A program made the position numbers and the translations under genes. Positions 1 to 11,300 of a DNA stretch of 64,000 nucleotides are shown piece by piece. The notes under the pieces were generated by a model, which was not told the DNA's origin, ran no database searches, and saw only the letters and a program-made list of their open reading frames with translations. The stretch's first letter is position 1. Every line of letters begins with the position of its first letter. Source of the DNA: Macrostomum hystrix (lineage: Eukaryota; Animalia; Platyhelminthes); assembly GCA_950097015.1 (NCBI GenBank), contig CATNEN010000011.1:2666001-2730000 (forward strand), given 5' to 3'.

Positions 1-420
1 TCCATTCATAAATATCCTTATCCATTAACAAACCTCCTAATCCTTTCATAAACATCCAATCCATTCATAAATATCCTAATCCATTCATAAATCTCCTAAT
101 CCATTCATAAATCTCCTAATCCATTCATAAATCTCCTTATCCATTCATAAATCTCCTAATCCATTCATAAATCTCCTTATCCATTAACAAACCTCCTAAT
201 CCTTTCATAAACATCCAATCCGTTCATAAATATCCTAATCCATTCATAAACCTCCTAATCCATTCATAAATCTCCTAATCCATTCATAAATATCCTAATC
301 CATTCATAAACATCCAATCCGTTCATAAATATCCTAATCCATTCATGAAACTCCTAATCCATTCATAAACCTCCTAATCCATTCATAAACATCCAATCCG
401 TTCATAAATATCCTAATCAG
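1..420. repeat. Minisatellite, ~20-bp unit CCATTCATAAATCTCCTAAT (runs off window start)
   Basis: Tandem periodicity read directly, ~20 degenerate copies; ends approximate. Confidence 0.93.
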
Positions 421-782
421 TTCATACAGTTCCCAGCCTGTTTATAACCCCCCTGTCAATTAGTTAACCTCCCAGTCAGTTCATAATCCCAGATCCTCGT
501 TAGACCGCATCATTCGTCCTTCCCTGGTTTGAGTGCAAAACCACTAGCTGCCAAGCGCCGCTTCCTGATTAGACAGAAGTTTTGGGAGCGAACCAGCGAA
601 CGAACACAGCCCCTTTAAAATCACTGACCAGACCAGCCAATACCAAAGGACTTGGATGTGTAAATGTCCTAGCAATCTTGGAAACTGCAGGAGCTATAAC
701 GGAGTTTAGTCTTGCATCCAAGATTTCAATATGGCATCAAAGGCATGATCTAAATCAATCTCGAGATCTCTAGAGACATATA

Positions 783-2888
783 ATGCAGCATCCCAGATCC
801 CAAATTCGCCAGGCTAATCTGAGACGGCCAAGCTCTCTGCATCTAGCCGGGCCCTCTTCGACTCCGGATCCAACCGAGGCTGCCGCAGTCAACGCTCTGG
901 TTGACCGACTTCAGCAGTCGTCCATCGCCGCAACCAACTCGGCAGCCTGGATGCTTCTTAGAGCCACCTACTCGCCCGCTGTGCGCAAGGCCCTACTAAC
1001 AGGAGACAGGCTTCTGTCTCAGATCTGTAACCGACTTCTCCAGCTCCTACTGGTGCAGCGTCGGGAAGCGCCTCAGCTGGAAGCAGCCCGCAGCCTCATG
1101 TGCTCTCTGGCGAATTTAACCTGCGGCGACTCCGCAGCGAAGCAGAGCGTAACGCTGCACGCGGAAGGCGCATTGACGTTGGCCACGGTGGCGCAGTTGC
1201 ACGGAGCCGCAGTCAATGTAGCCCTTGGACAAGCGGCTGCCTCCCTGCTGCGCAACCTCGGCTGGCAGCCGCAGCAGGCCTCTCGGCGGTGCCTTCGAGA
1301 GGCAGGCGCCTCCGTCGCCCTCTTGCGCTTCATTCAAGAGCTGTCGACAGCAGCCGGCGCCACCGCTAGCCGACTTCAGTGTCCCCTGGCGGCGCTCTGG
1401 AATCTGACAGACTCGTCGACTGTTGCCGATGACGCTGATAAAGACGAAAATCGCTTGACAGATCTGCTAGCAATATGCGACGTACCCGACGGTGTCCGCT
1501 GCCTGTGCGAATGCCTAGCGTCGCCAGATGTTGACGTGGCCGAATCTAGCGGTGGAGTGCTTCGAAATTTGACTCCCGCATTGGCTCAGCGATGGGACCG
1601 CTTGGCTCCGGCGGTACGTCCAGCAATACCGGTTCTTGTACGAATGCTGGACATCTCATCGGCTTCAGTTTCAGGAGCGCCGGCTACCATCACCATGGCA
1701 GCCAACGCGAGCTGCCTGCTGGCCTGCATCAGCAGCCTCGCCAGGGCTCGAGATCGACGCCTTCTGACATCGCTTGGAGCCGAAGCCGCACTGCGCTGGC
1801 TCTTGAGGATCACGCATCATCGCAGCATCCGCCAGGACTGTCGTGCAGCTCTTAGCAGCCTGGCATCCACTGCAGTATCGCCTGCAGCGAGCCAACCATT
1901 GTCGCCGTCCTCGTTGTCTTCGCTGCGACCAGTGTCTTCGATTGCATCAGATCGTGAGTTGTCGCCGTTGGTTGAAGAAGAGCTCGATTCTGCCATCGAT
2001 GATGGCCTCCTAAGGGACAACTGCTTTGTAGATCCACCCCCTGCGCTGCGGCAGAAGCAGCTGCAGAAGCAGCTGCCGCCACCACCGCCACCGATGTCGC
2101 TTCTTCCGTCGCCGTTGGTTCATCCGTCTCGTCTTGCGACCCGGCCTCTTGGAGTAGTCGCCCCGATGCCAAAGCCAGTGGCATCAACAGAGCTGCTATT
2201 AGCGCAGCCCTCGCATTCTCGTCTGTCCTCGTCGCTGTCTAAAGATTCCGGCTATGCCGATGACAACTCATCCACAGTGAGCGCACCATTGTGCTCTCCA
2301 ATGTCCCCGCCGTGTCCTACGCCGCCACTGCCGCTGCAGCATCATCTATATGCAACAAAACAATCGACGTCCTCGCCGAGAGATGGTCGACTGCTGCAGC
2401 GCGGTGGGGCCAAATCGGCACTGTCATGCTCTCGTCTCGCCTTGCCCGTAGCAAACACAGCGCCGAGGTCAGAGGGCCGAAATCGGACAACAGCTCTAGT
2501 CCCAGCTGCCAGCGGAATTCCAGTTGGTGAGTCAAGCAGTCGAGCATTCGCGGTTTGATCCAGTTTCTGATTGACTATATTTTCATTCAAAATGCGTCTT
2601 TCAGTGAAATCAACAAAATCAACGTATCAGCAGCAGCCAGCAGGTTCTGTTGCCTCCTCTGCAGCTCAGATGGCGTCAATAAAGCGAGCCTCCGGAATTC
2701 CAAGATCAGCCAGTCTTATCTGCAAAGAAATCGCCACCACAACGTCACCATTGGCATCGGTGTCGAATCTTCGACCTCCAACGAGCCTCCCTAGCCGTGG
2801 CAGTGGCATCGCTCTGCGTCACGCTACTATGAGTAGCGCTAGTCAACGAAATAGTTTAGGAAAGCGCTGCTCGGCACCGCCAAAGTGA
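783..2888 (+). CDS. APC: Adenomatous polyposis coli-like armadillo-repeat protein, compact (~675 aa), 2 exons
   Basis: Exons 783-2526 and 2605-2888, joined in frame by a phase-1 GTGAGT...TTTCAG intron (2527-2604). ARM repeats match APC-type motifs (LANLTCGDSAAKQ, AASLLRNLGWQ, ALWNLT, SSGGVLRNL, ITMAANASCLL). Ser/Pro-rich tail with SSLSSL and two SGIP motifs. Confidence 0.8.
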
Positions 2889-3770
2889 CCGCTGACTCTT
2901 GACTTCGAAATTTGAAATTACATAATTTATAATGCAAACGCAGCAGAATCTATTAGCTCGTAACGATAGAAAGATAGGATTTTTGAATGATTTTCTAGCC
3001 TTATCTAAACAGATACGATGCAAGAGGTATTCGAAAAAAAGTTTTAAACAATACACAATATTTTTGTAGTTGTAATTTAATTGTCACTGTAAAGAATTCC
3101 TTTGATACATAGCAGCACCGCTGCAATGTGTTATATAAAATGCTAAAGTTAAATGTACAGCTGAAGTTTACACGACAGTAAGTTTCTATAGAAAAGTTAA
3201 AAACAAAATAAAAGTACTTAGATACCTTAACTAAAATCTAACACTCTTAAGTATTCTAAAAAGTCTTAAAAATGAAGCAAGAAAGAAAAGTAAAACACTT
3301 ATTCGTAATATGTTCTAGAACTAGAAGGTGAAGGTTTTTCTGCCTTACTTTGATAACACTTAAATGACGTCATGCTTTCAGTCTAGCAACACTATTGACA
3401 TACCTATATGAGATAGCATTCTGGTGCCAAAGTATCAGTTGCTTAAATAAGTAATCGCAAAATTATTATAAAACATTATAAATTTGCTCTGGGTACAGAA
3501 GGAAATGTTTTAAAGCAAAAATCTAAATGACGGCCTAAACTTAAATAAAAATACTTTTAGCTGTCGTTATGCGTCTTTAAACGTAGTTTTAGTTTTGTTT
3601 TTTAATAAGTCCTAAAGTATAACTCTTAGTATTCGAAAAAATGACGATTACAAAAAATGAAATTGTAGCTACTTACAGAACGCAGAGTTCTTTTAAAAAC
3701 AACTATCGCAGCTGTCGAAAGATTCGCTATAAATACCCTAAATCAAATTAGTTTTCTTACTACACCCCAT

Positions 3771-6700
3771 TTAGACGCCTAGCAGCCTATAGCGCAACAT
3801 CAGGTGGGCTCGCAGACAAGCGCACGATACCTGATCCGCAATCAAGTGACTGGCCAATGAGCGAATCGTCTTTTCTAAACTATTCGCCGGCTGCCGGTGT
3901 TTATTGTTGTCGTCGCCAATTGTTGCTGGCGAGTTTCGTGGAGACCGGCGCCTGCTGCTACGCTGGCGTCGATGCTTTTGTTGCTGTTGCTTCTGCTGCT
4001 GCTGTTGTGTCAGGTGTTTATGAACTTGCTGATGGCTTTGTTCTTTGGTAGACTGGCCATTGGCAATAAGACGGTTACTGGAAAGTTTGCTGAAAGATTG
4101 AAAAATTGTCCACGCATTAAATTATTTGGTTCTAGATGTGAGAAATATCAATTTAATATTCTCATTACTGACCTCGCATAGTTTTGCTGAATTGCAAGAT
4201 GTCTCTCCAGCATCAGTTCATTCTCGGCTGCATTCCAGGCTGCCTCAAAGGCAACTCCGGCTAGCAGAGCTGCTGCTCCGCCCGCTGAGGTTGTCATCGC
4301 TTCATGGCACAGCTGTTCCCAGCAGGTCAATGTGAGTCTTGCCAGGCGTCGGCGAACTCGTTGTGTAACTGTTGAGAAAGACAGCGACAATGATGACAAT
4401 GGCGGTTCGTTCTGCTCAGATTGCTGTGGCAGACAGATCGAGAAGGCGCCGAGCAGAGAGCCAAGTCGACGTTCGTCAGCGCAGGCCACAAGTGTGCGTC
4501 GAATAGCCTCACGAATGCAGCCGATCGATCCAGCTGTGGAAGAACAGTTGTTGTCTTCTTGCGTATCTGCACATTCGATGCCATCATCGTCGGCTTCGTC
4601 CATAACTTCGTCAAGTAGGCGAGCGTCGGTTTCATTCGCCGTCAGACTACGAAAGACGCACAGCAGAGCATCCGACAGAACTTTTTCTCGATCGTGCTCC
4701 AGACTGCGCTGAAAAGTTAAGCTCGTCGCCGCATTTGCAGTAGCACTGGACGACGCTGCAATGCCCAATAAGCAATCAGCGATAGAACTGTCAATCTGGC
4801 TTACGGCATGCGCAGCTAATACTGCCGGCAAAACATTCGGCAAATGACTTTCCGTCGATGGTTCAGAATCCCATCGATTCTCTTGGTGATGCCGAGACTG
4901 AAGCTGTTGCTCCTCTTCGTGCTGCTGCTGTCGCGAAACCCGTTTTAACTCGGCCTTTGTTGCAGATTTTGATCGAGCTCGAAGCGCAGCGGGTTGCTGA
5001 TAACACTGACGATTCTGTTGAGACTTTTGCTGCACTTTGCTACTGGTGGCGGCTCCGGTGGTTGGCAGCTCCGAAGCGCTGACGACGCAGAAGAAATAGC
5101 GCCCCGAGGGATCCAAACGGCGGAGCAGAGAGCGGAGCATGTTTGCGCATCCGCGTGGTCGCGAATCTGTTCGCAGGGGTACAACCTGCAAAGCGTAGCT
5201 CACTTGTTGAATAGCATCTACATTTGCTGGTGCTTCATTACCGTGTTGCTTTTCCGCGTTGATACAGCGACGTTCTCTGAGCTCTAAGCGACAGCCGGTT
5301 CGCCGTTCAATCGCTTTGAGACGCCGATCAGAACGATCCAGTGCGGCTAATGCCACAGCTGCACTTGGTTGCAGACCGCACAGCAGGAGGGTCTCAGGAA
5401 ATATTTTATTTGAAGGCGTCCTGGTCTTGGCTGCCGTTCCGGAGACACCAGTGACAACTGGGCTAGGTGTCTTCTTAGCCGCGGCTGCAGCGTTAACGTA
5501 CTCGGAATCAGCGAATGTGAAAGCTTCAACGTCGGCTAGGGTTGTGTCGCAGGACTCTTCAGGATGCTCCGCCGGAATCTGACAGAGCAACTTCTGATGC
5601 TGTTGGTGTGGATAATAAACATGGTGCTGCTGACGAGACGGCTGATGCTGGGGGCGCTTAATTCGACCTGCGTAGGGTCTGTGATGATTGTTCGCTTGCT
5701 GAATGGTGGTTGGAGTGGCTGCTATCTGCTGCTTTTGGCACTGATGCTGTTGCTTCCCGCTGCAGCGCCACCGAGACCCGGAAGCAGCTCTTCTCGCATT
5801 AGTCCTCTTCTTTGACGTGTCCGTGGACGAAGAAGTGGCCGTTGAAAGATGAAAGTCGATGCGACGCCGAGACGGCGACACAGACCTGTCTTTCTGCGGT
5901 GGAGGAGATATCGAAGCTTGCGAAGGCGCGTTCAAGCGAGCCAGCAATCTTGTGGCTTCGGCAGCCTCCACCAAGGCGCGCACGCAGCTGCGGCTGATTT
6001 CGCACTGGGCCAGAGTTTCAACACTGCTCACAAGCTGGTTCATCGAGGCTTCAACTTCGTTGACTTGTTGCGTCACATGCTGGTCTCTAGCCAACTCAGA
6101 CTCGGTGAAAGCGACCTGCTGGGCTAGGCAGCGAAGACAGCTGTCCATGATTTGGTCGGCCAGTCGGCGACATTCGTCGTCGCGAGCGGCCTTCGCCGCT
6201 GCGGCAGCCTTGGCGAGGTTGGCAACAATGCCATCAGCGTCGCGTCCGAAGCGATCCAGACGTCGCGGCATCAGGAGACGGCAGTGATCGACGGAGATAG
6301 GAAATTTGAGAGTCACCTGCAAGATTTTTTCCATAATATGATACACCGTATCTGTTACGTTTCATAAGACTTCGTCAATTAGAAATTTTTCAATATGACG
6401 AAGAGTTACTCAAAGTGAATATTAAAAAAAACTTGAATTAAAATCTAAATAGAGCTAAATAGTAAGCAAATTATTTAAAACCGCCACAGCCTCACCTGTT
6501 TGCCGTCTGGCCTAAGCAGAGTTTGCTGAAACGGCATCATAGCTGTACGACCTAGAAAGTACATGCGCAGCAGGTTCAGAGCGCCCAGGTAGTTTCCTCG
6601 GCTGCCAGGATCGAAGGCCAATTGCAACAGGCGATACCGCTCAGCCAGACCGTCTGGCAGGCAGCCCCAGCTGATCTTGCAGCTGCAGGTGGCTTCGATT

Positions 6701-7421
6701 TTGCGCAAGCGATGATCGTCTGGAAGTTGTTGCAGCAGAGCCTGCGGCAGAGCCTTCTGATAGGCCGGTATCAAGAATGAGGCCTGGATGACGCGGTCCT
6801 GTCAGTGCGGGTTTAGCGTATGCGGCTGTAATAAAAACAATGAGTCATACAATTTAACTGTGTACTTGAGAACACGGAGAAACCGTATAAAACTTAGAAA
6901 CCTCGGATTGGGGCCACATAAATTTGTGGCGCATCCACGGAGAGAAGGCTCGGAGGCGTGTCGAGATAATAAGTGCCGATGTACACCTGTGGTCTGTTCT
7001 GTGCGTGAGCATGCATGTACGCTTGAACTTCGAAATATTAACAGTTTCTTAACTAATCACTTTATTATGGATATCTGTCAGTAGCAGCGATCAGATTTTA
7101 GGAGGTTGTAGTCTAGTGGTTTGAGAGTCGGACTAACAACTTGAAGGTTGGAGGTTCGATTCCTGACTCCACAAAAACAATTTGTGTCCTTTAGCAAGAC
7201 ACTTAACTATGTATTGCTTCAGTCCACCCAGCTGTTAAATGGGTACTAGCATTAGCTAGGGGTAATGAGGGGTTTGGCGTCTCCCCAGTCCATGGACTGA
7301 ACAGCCGTACGCAGCCAGAGAGTTGTAGCCAGGGAGACAATAGTCAAAAGGATTTGATTTTCAGAATAAATGGTCCATTGCATTGCACTGCCCTACCTTG
7401 ATTGCACTGTTCTGTTGCGGC

Positions 7422-7456
<35 letters not shown>

Positions 7457-7513
7457 ATTTCGGACCTGCCGAGCTGACGGTGATAAAGCAGTCTCTAGGA
7501 GCATGTCCACCAT
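3771..7513 (-). CDS. Uncharacterised ~960-aa protein with degenerate KH-like modules, poly-Gln tracts and a helical C-terminal region, 4 exons
   Basis: Exons 7513-7397 (MVDMLL..polyQ..SAIK), 6798-6496, 6316-4173, 4089-3771. All introns are GT-AG and frame-compatible (phases 0,0,2). Includes track ORFs 6475..6774 and 4148..6346. KH-like segments RLRKIEATCSCKISW and RLKAIERRTGCRLEL. Function is inference only. Confidence 0.72.
6900..7020 (+). mobile_element. Degenerate fragment of SINE family 2
   Basis: GGCCACAT..GCGCA..CGGAGAGAAGGCT and GATGTACAC segments align with the fuller copies at 16866 and 38568. Confidence 0.55.
7100..7335 (+). mobile_element. tRNA-derived SINE family 1 (CORE-like central domain), 3' truncated
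   Basis: A-box TAGTCTAGTGG, B-box GGTTCGATTCC, then TGTGTCCTTTAGCAAGACACTTAAC...CACCCAGCTGTTAAATGGGTAC resembling the CORE-SINE domain. Related copies at 10430 and 35860. Confidence 0.75.
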
Positions 7514-7789
7514 TGTTGATCAGGCAACTTTCATAAAGCTATAGGTTGTTTGGAATTTCGCGTAACAGCCAAAAGTTCTGCTTGTCACTAGCTTTGCACC
7601 CTGTTTTTAATTGAATGTATTCAAATAAGTGCGGGAAGTATGTGTATCTATGGCCAAAACTGCACAATAAAAGAAGACCTTTTTATTAAAAAACCTTCAA
7701 GAAAATAACACGCTAAAAAAGTTTTTTTTTTAAAAGAGTTTGAAATAACGCTCACAAGTCATTTTGTACGGAAGAAAGTGTTTATAATA

Positions 7790-8110
7790 TTAATAATAAT
7801 ATTTGCAGGAGAGCTGCGGGCAATGGCACATCATTTGGTGACACTAGACCCGCAGCCAACGAGGAGGCAATTCTGCCCATTTCGCTGACTCCTGAGCACA
7901 CACGCACACAGATACTGTACGCAGGCATACTCTCACACAGGTGTGTACATCTGCCCTCACTTTCTCATCGTCAGGCAGTGTACACTCTCACTGTGCCTTG
8001 GAGGTTGATGGCCCTGAAGGCCGTAAATTGCACGACAAGCCCTCAAGCCTTCTCTCCGCGGCTGCGCCCCAAATAAATGTGGCCTCGCCGCGGAATCGAG
8101 CTCAGGGACA
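7790..8110 (-). mobile_element. tRNA-derived SINE family 2, 5' truncated
   Basis: Reverse complement matches 16866-17216 and 38568-38930, including the GGTCTAGTG(A/T)CACCAAA 3' end and (TAT)n tail. Confidence 0.8.
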
Positions 8111-8388
8111 AACGCACAGACCATTCAGGTTGGGAGATAGAATCTCAGTCAAAGCAAATGTTTTTTTTGTTGAACAACATTGCAATAAATATTTATTTAT
8201 GTAAAGTATATAATATATTTAGATTATATATATTTCTATAAATAACGACGAGGCGTTAAAATTTGTAACGACAACTGCTAAATAGCGTTTTTCAATAACT
8301 ACCAATAACAGTTAACTTTTCATTCGGATCGCTTGGTAAAGTTCGTCACTTTCTTGGAACACTTGGTACAAAATCTGAGCAGGACTAT

Positions 8389-11300
8389 CTATGCAGGATT
8401 AAAAAATATCAGTGCAACAGCTGTGATGCAAATTGTAACACACAATTTACTGTGAACGATGTCAACTGGACTACTAGACAAAGGTATAGTAGTATTGTCA
8501 CCGAATCCATAGTAGTATCGAATGCGCAGCAGGTCAGAATGGGCCAATCTGATTGGATACGGAATCAACTGGGCAGATTTCGTAGTAATGCTTGGCGACC
8601 GACCGTTGCAAGAAAACGCATATGAGTTGTAGTGCATGATGGAGTTGGTATCATAGGCTGGATAACCAACTGGCAGTGGAGATCCGGCCTTGGCAAAATT
8701 TGCGCATTTCTGTCAAATTTAATAATTTATTTTGAGAGCTGTAAAGTATACACACGTTGGTTGACAGACACACATCCTACATATTTGATTGACAGACACA
8801 CATCCTACATATTTGGTTGACAGACACACATCCTACATATTTGATTGACAGACACACATCCTACATATTTGGTTGACAGGCACACATCCTACATATTTGG
8901 TTGACAGACACACATCCTACATATTTGGTTGAAAGGCACACATCCTACATATTTGGTTGACAGGCACACATCCTACATATTTGGTTGACAGGCACACATC
9001 CTACATATTTGGTTGAAAGGCACACATCCTACATATTTGGTTGACAGGCACACATCCTACATATTTGGTTGACAGGCACACATCCTACATATTTGGTTGA
9101 CAGGCACACATCCTACATATTTGGTTGACAGGCACACATCCTACATATTTGGTTGACAGGCACACATCCTACATATTTGGTTGACAGACACACATCCTAC
9201 ATATTTGATTGACAGACACACATCCTACATATTTGGTTGACAGGCACACATCCTACATATTTGGTTGACAGACACACATCCTACATATTTGGTTGAAAGG
9301 CACACATCCTACATATTTGGTTGACAGGCACACATCCTACATATTTGGTTGACAGGCACACATCCTACATATTTGGTTGAAAGGCACACATCCTACATAT
9401 TTGGTTGACAGGCACACATCCTACATATTTGGTTGAAAGGCACACATCCTACATATTTGGTTGACAGGCACACATCCTACATATTTGGTTGACAGGCACA
9501 CATCCTACATATTTGGTTGACAGGCACACATCCTACATATTTGGTTGACAGGCACACATCCTACATATTTGGTTGACAGGCACACATCCTACATATTTGG
9601 TTGAAAGGCACACATCCTACATATTTGGTTGAAAGGCACACATCCTACATATTTGGTTGACAGGCACACATCCTACATATTTGATTGACAGGCACACATC
9701 CTACATATTTGGTTGACAGGCACACATCCTACATATTTGATTGACAGGCACACATCCTACATATTTGGTTGACAGGCACACATCCTACATATTTGGTTGA
9801 CAGGCACACATCCTACATATTTGGTTGACAGGCACACATCCTACATATTTGGTTGAAAGGCACACATCCTACATATTTGGTTGAAAGGCACACATCCTAC
9901 ATATTTGGTTGAAAGGCACACATCCTACATATTTGGTTGACAGGCACACATCCTACATATTTGATTGACAGGCACACATCCTACATATTTGGTTGACAGG
10001 CACACATCCTACATATTTGATTGACAGGCACACATCCTACATATTTGGTTGACAGGCACACATCCTACATATTTGGTTGACAGGCACACATCCTACATAT
10101 TTGGTTGACAGGCACACATCCTACATATTTGGTTGAAAGGCACACATCCTACATATTTGGTTGAAAGGCACACATCCTACATATTTGGTTGACAGACACA
10201 CATCCTACATATTTGATTGACAGGCACACATCCTACATATTTGATTGACAGGCACACATCCTACATATTTGGTTGACAGGCACACATCCTACATATTTGG
10301 TTGACAGGCACACATCCTACATATTTGGTTGACAGACACGCATCCTACATATTTGGTTAACAGGCACACATCCTACATATTTGGTTGACAGACACACATC
10401 CTACATATTTGGTTGACAGGCACACATCCTAATAATAACAAATAATAATAATTGATTACACCTGCCCCAATTGGGCCAGATGTGCAGCCGACAGCACAGC
10501 CGCAGCTATTGCGCGGCGCATCTGAAGGCTGCAGCTGTTCAGTCCATGGACTGGGGGGACGCGACACTCACCCTCAATTAACCCAGCTGATGCTGGTACC
10601 ATTTTAACAGCAGGGTGAACTGCAGGGTGAATATGTCGTGGTAAAGGTAACAAAATGCTCCAGTGGAGAGAGGAATCGAGCCCCCGACCTTCAAGTCGTG
10701 AGTCCGACGCTTCGACCACTAGGCTGCAACCTCCTCCATGGCTACTCACACCACTGTAGATAACTCACCACAGAGTCGATGGAGTTCCACATGATGGTGA
10801 CGAACCGGTCGCGATCTAACCTGCTGTGCTCATGCCAATAGCCCAAGGCGTGCATAAACTCGTGCTGGATAAGGTAATTTTTTAGGCAGACGGTTCTTTC
10901 TAGGCTCATTGCCTGAGCTCCCGTCTGTCTGCCAATAAAGGAGCTACAGCCCGAGCCGCTGAACACCGCCACATAGTTTTTAACCTGGCCAGGAGACACT
11001 CGCTTGAAGGTGACTGCGCTTCCAACATACAGCTGCAGCTCTAGCAGACTGACGGCGATGACTTCTGCTTCAGCAGGCGTGTACTCGGATGTGAGGCTAT
11101 AGTACAGAGTGCCATTGGGCCAGTGGGAGGATGCTGTAGGTTTTGCGTCAGACAGGAACCTCACATTGTTCATAGCACTTGATTTACTCATCCATTCACT
11201 AGCAGTTGATCGAATCATGATGTCTCCTTCAATAATTCTATAGTCTGCTATGAGTTCTGATTGATTTGTTGCAGTGGTAACTTCAATGGCTGTTGAAATA

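Noticed and set aside
1-420. Telomeric repeat (CCTAA motif at window start)
   Set aside because: CCTAA is embedded in a 20-bp unit rather than forming a pure short telomeric tandem.
7100-7175. Functional tRNA gene
   Set aside because: Continues directly into a SINE body shared with other copies; the cloverleaf is imperfect.
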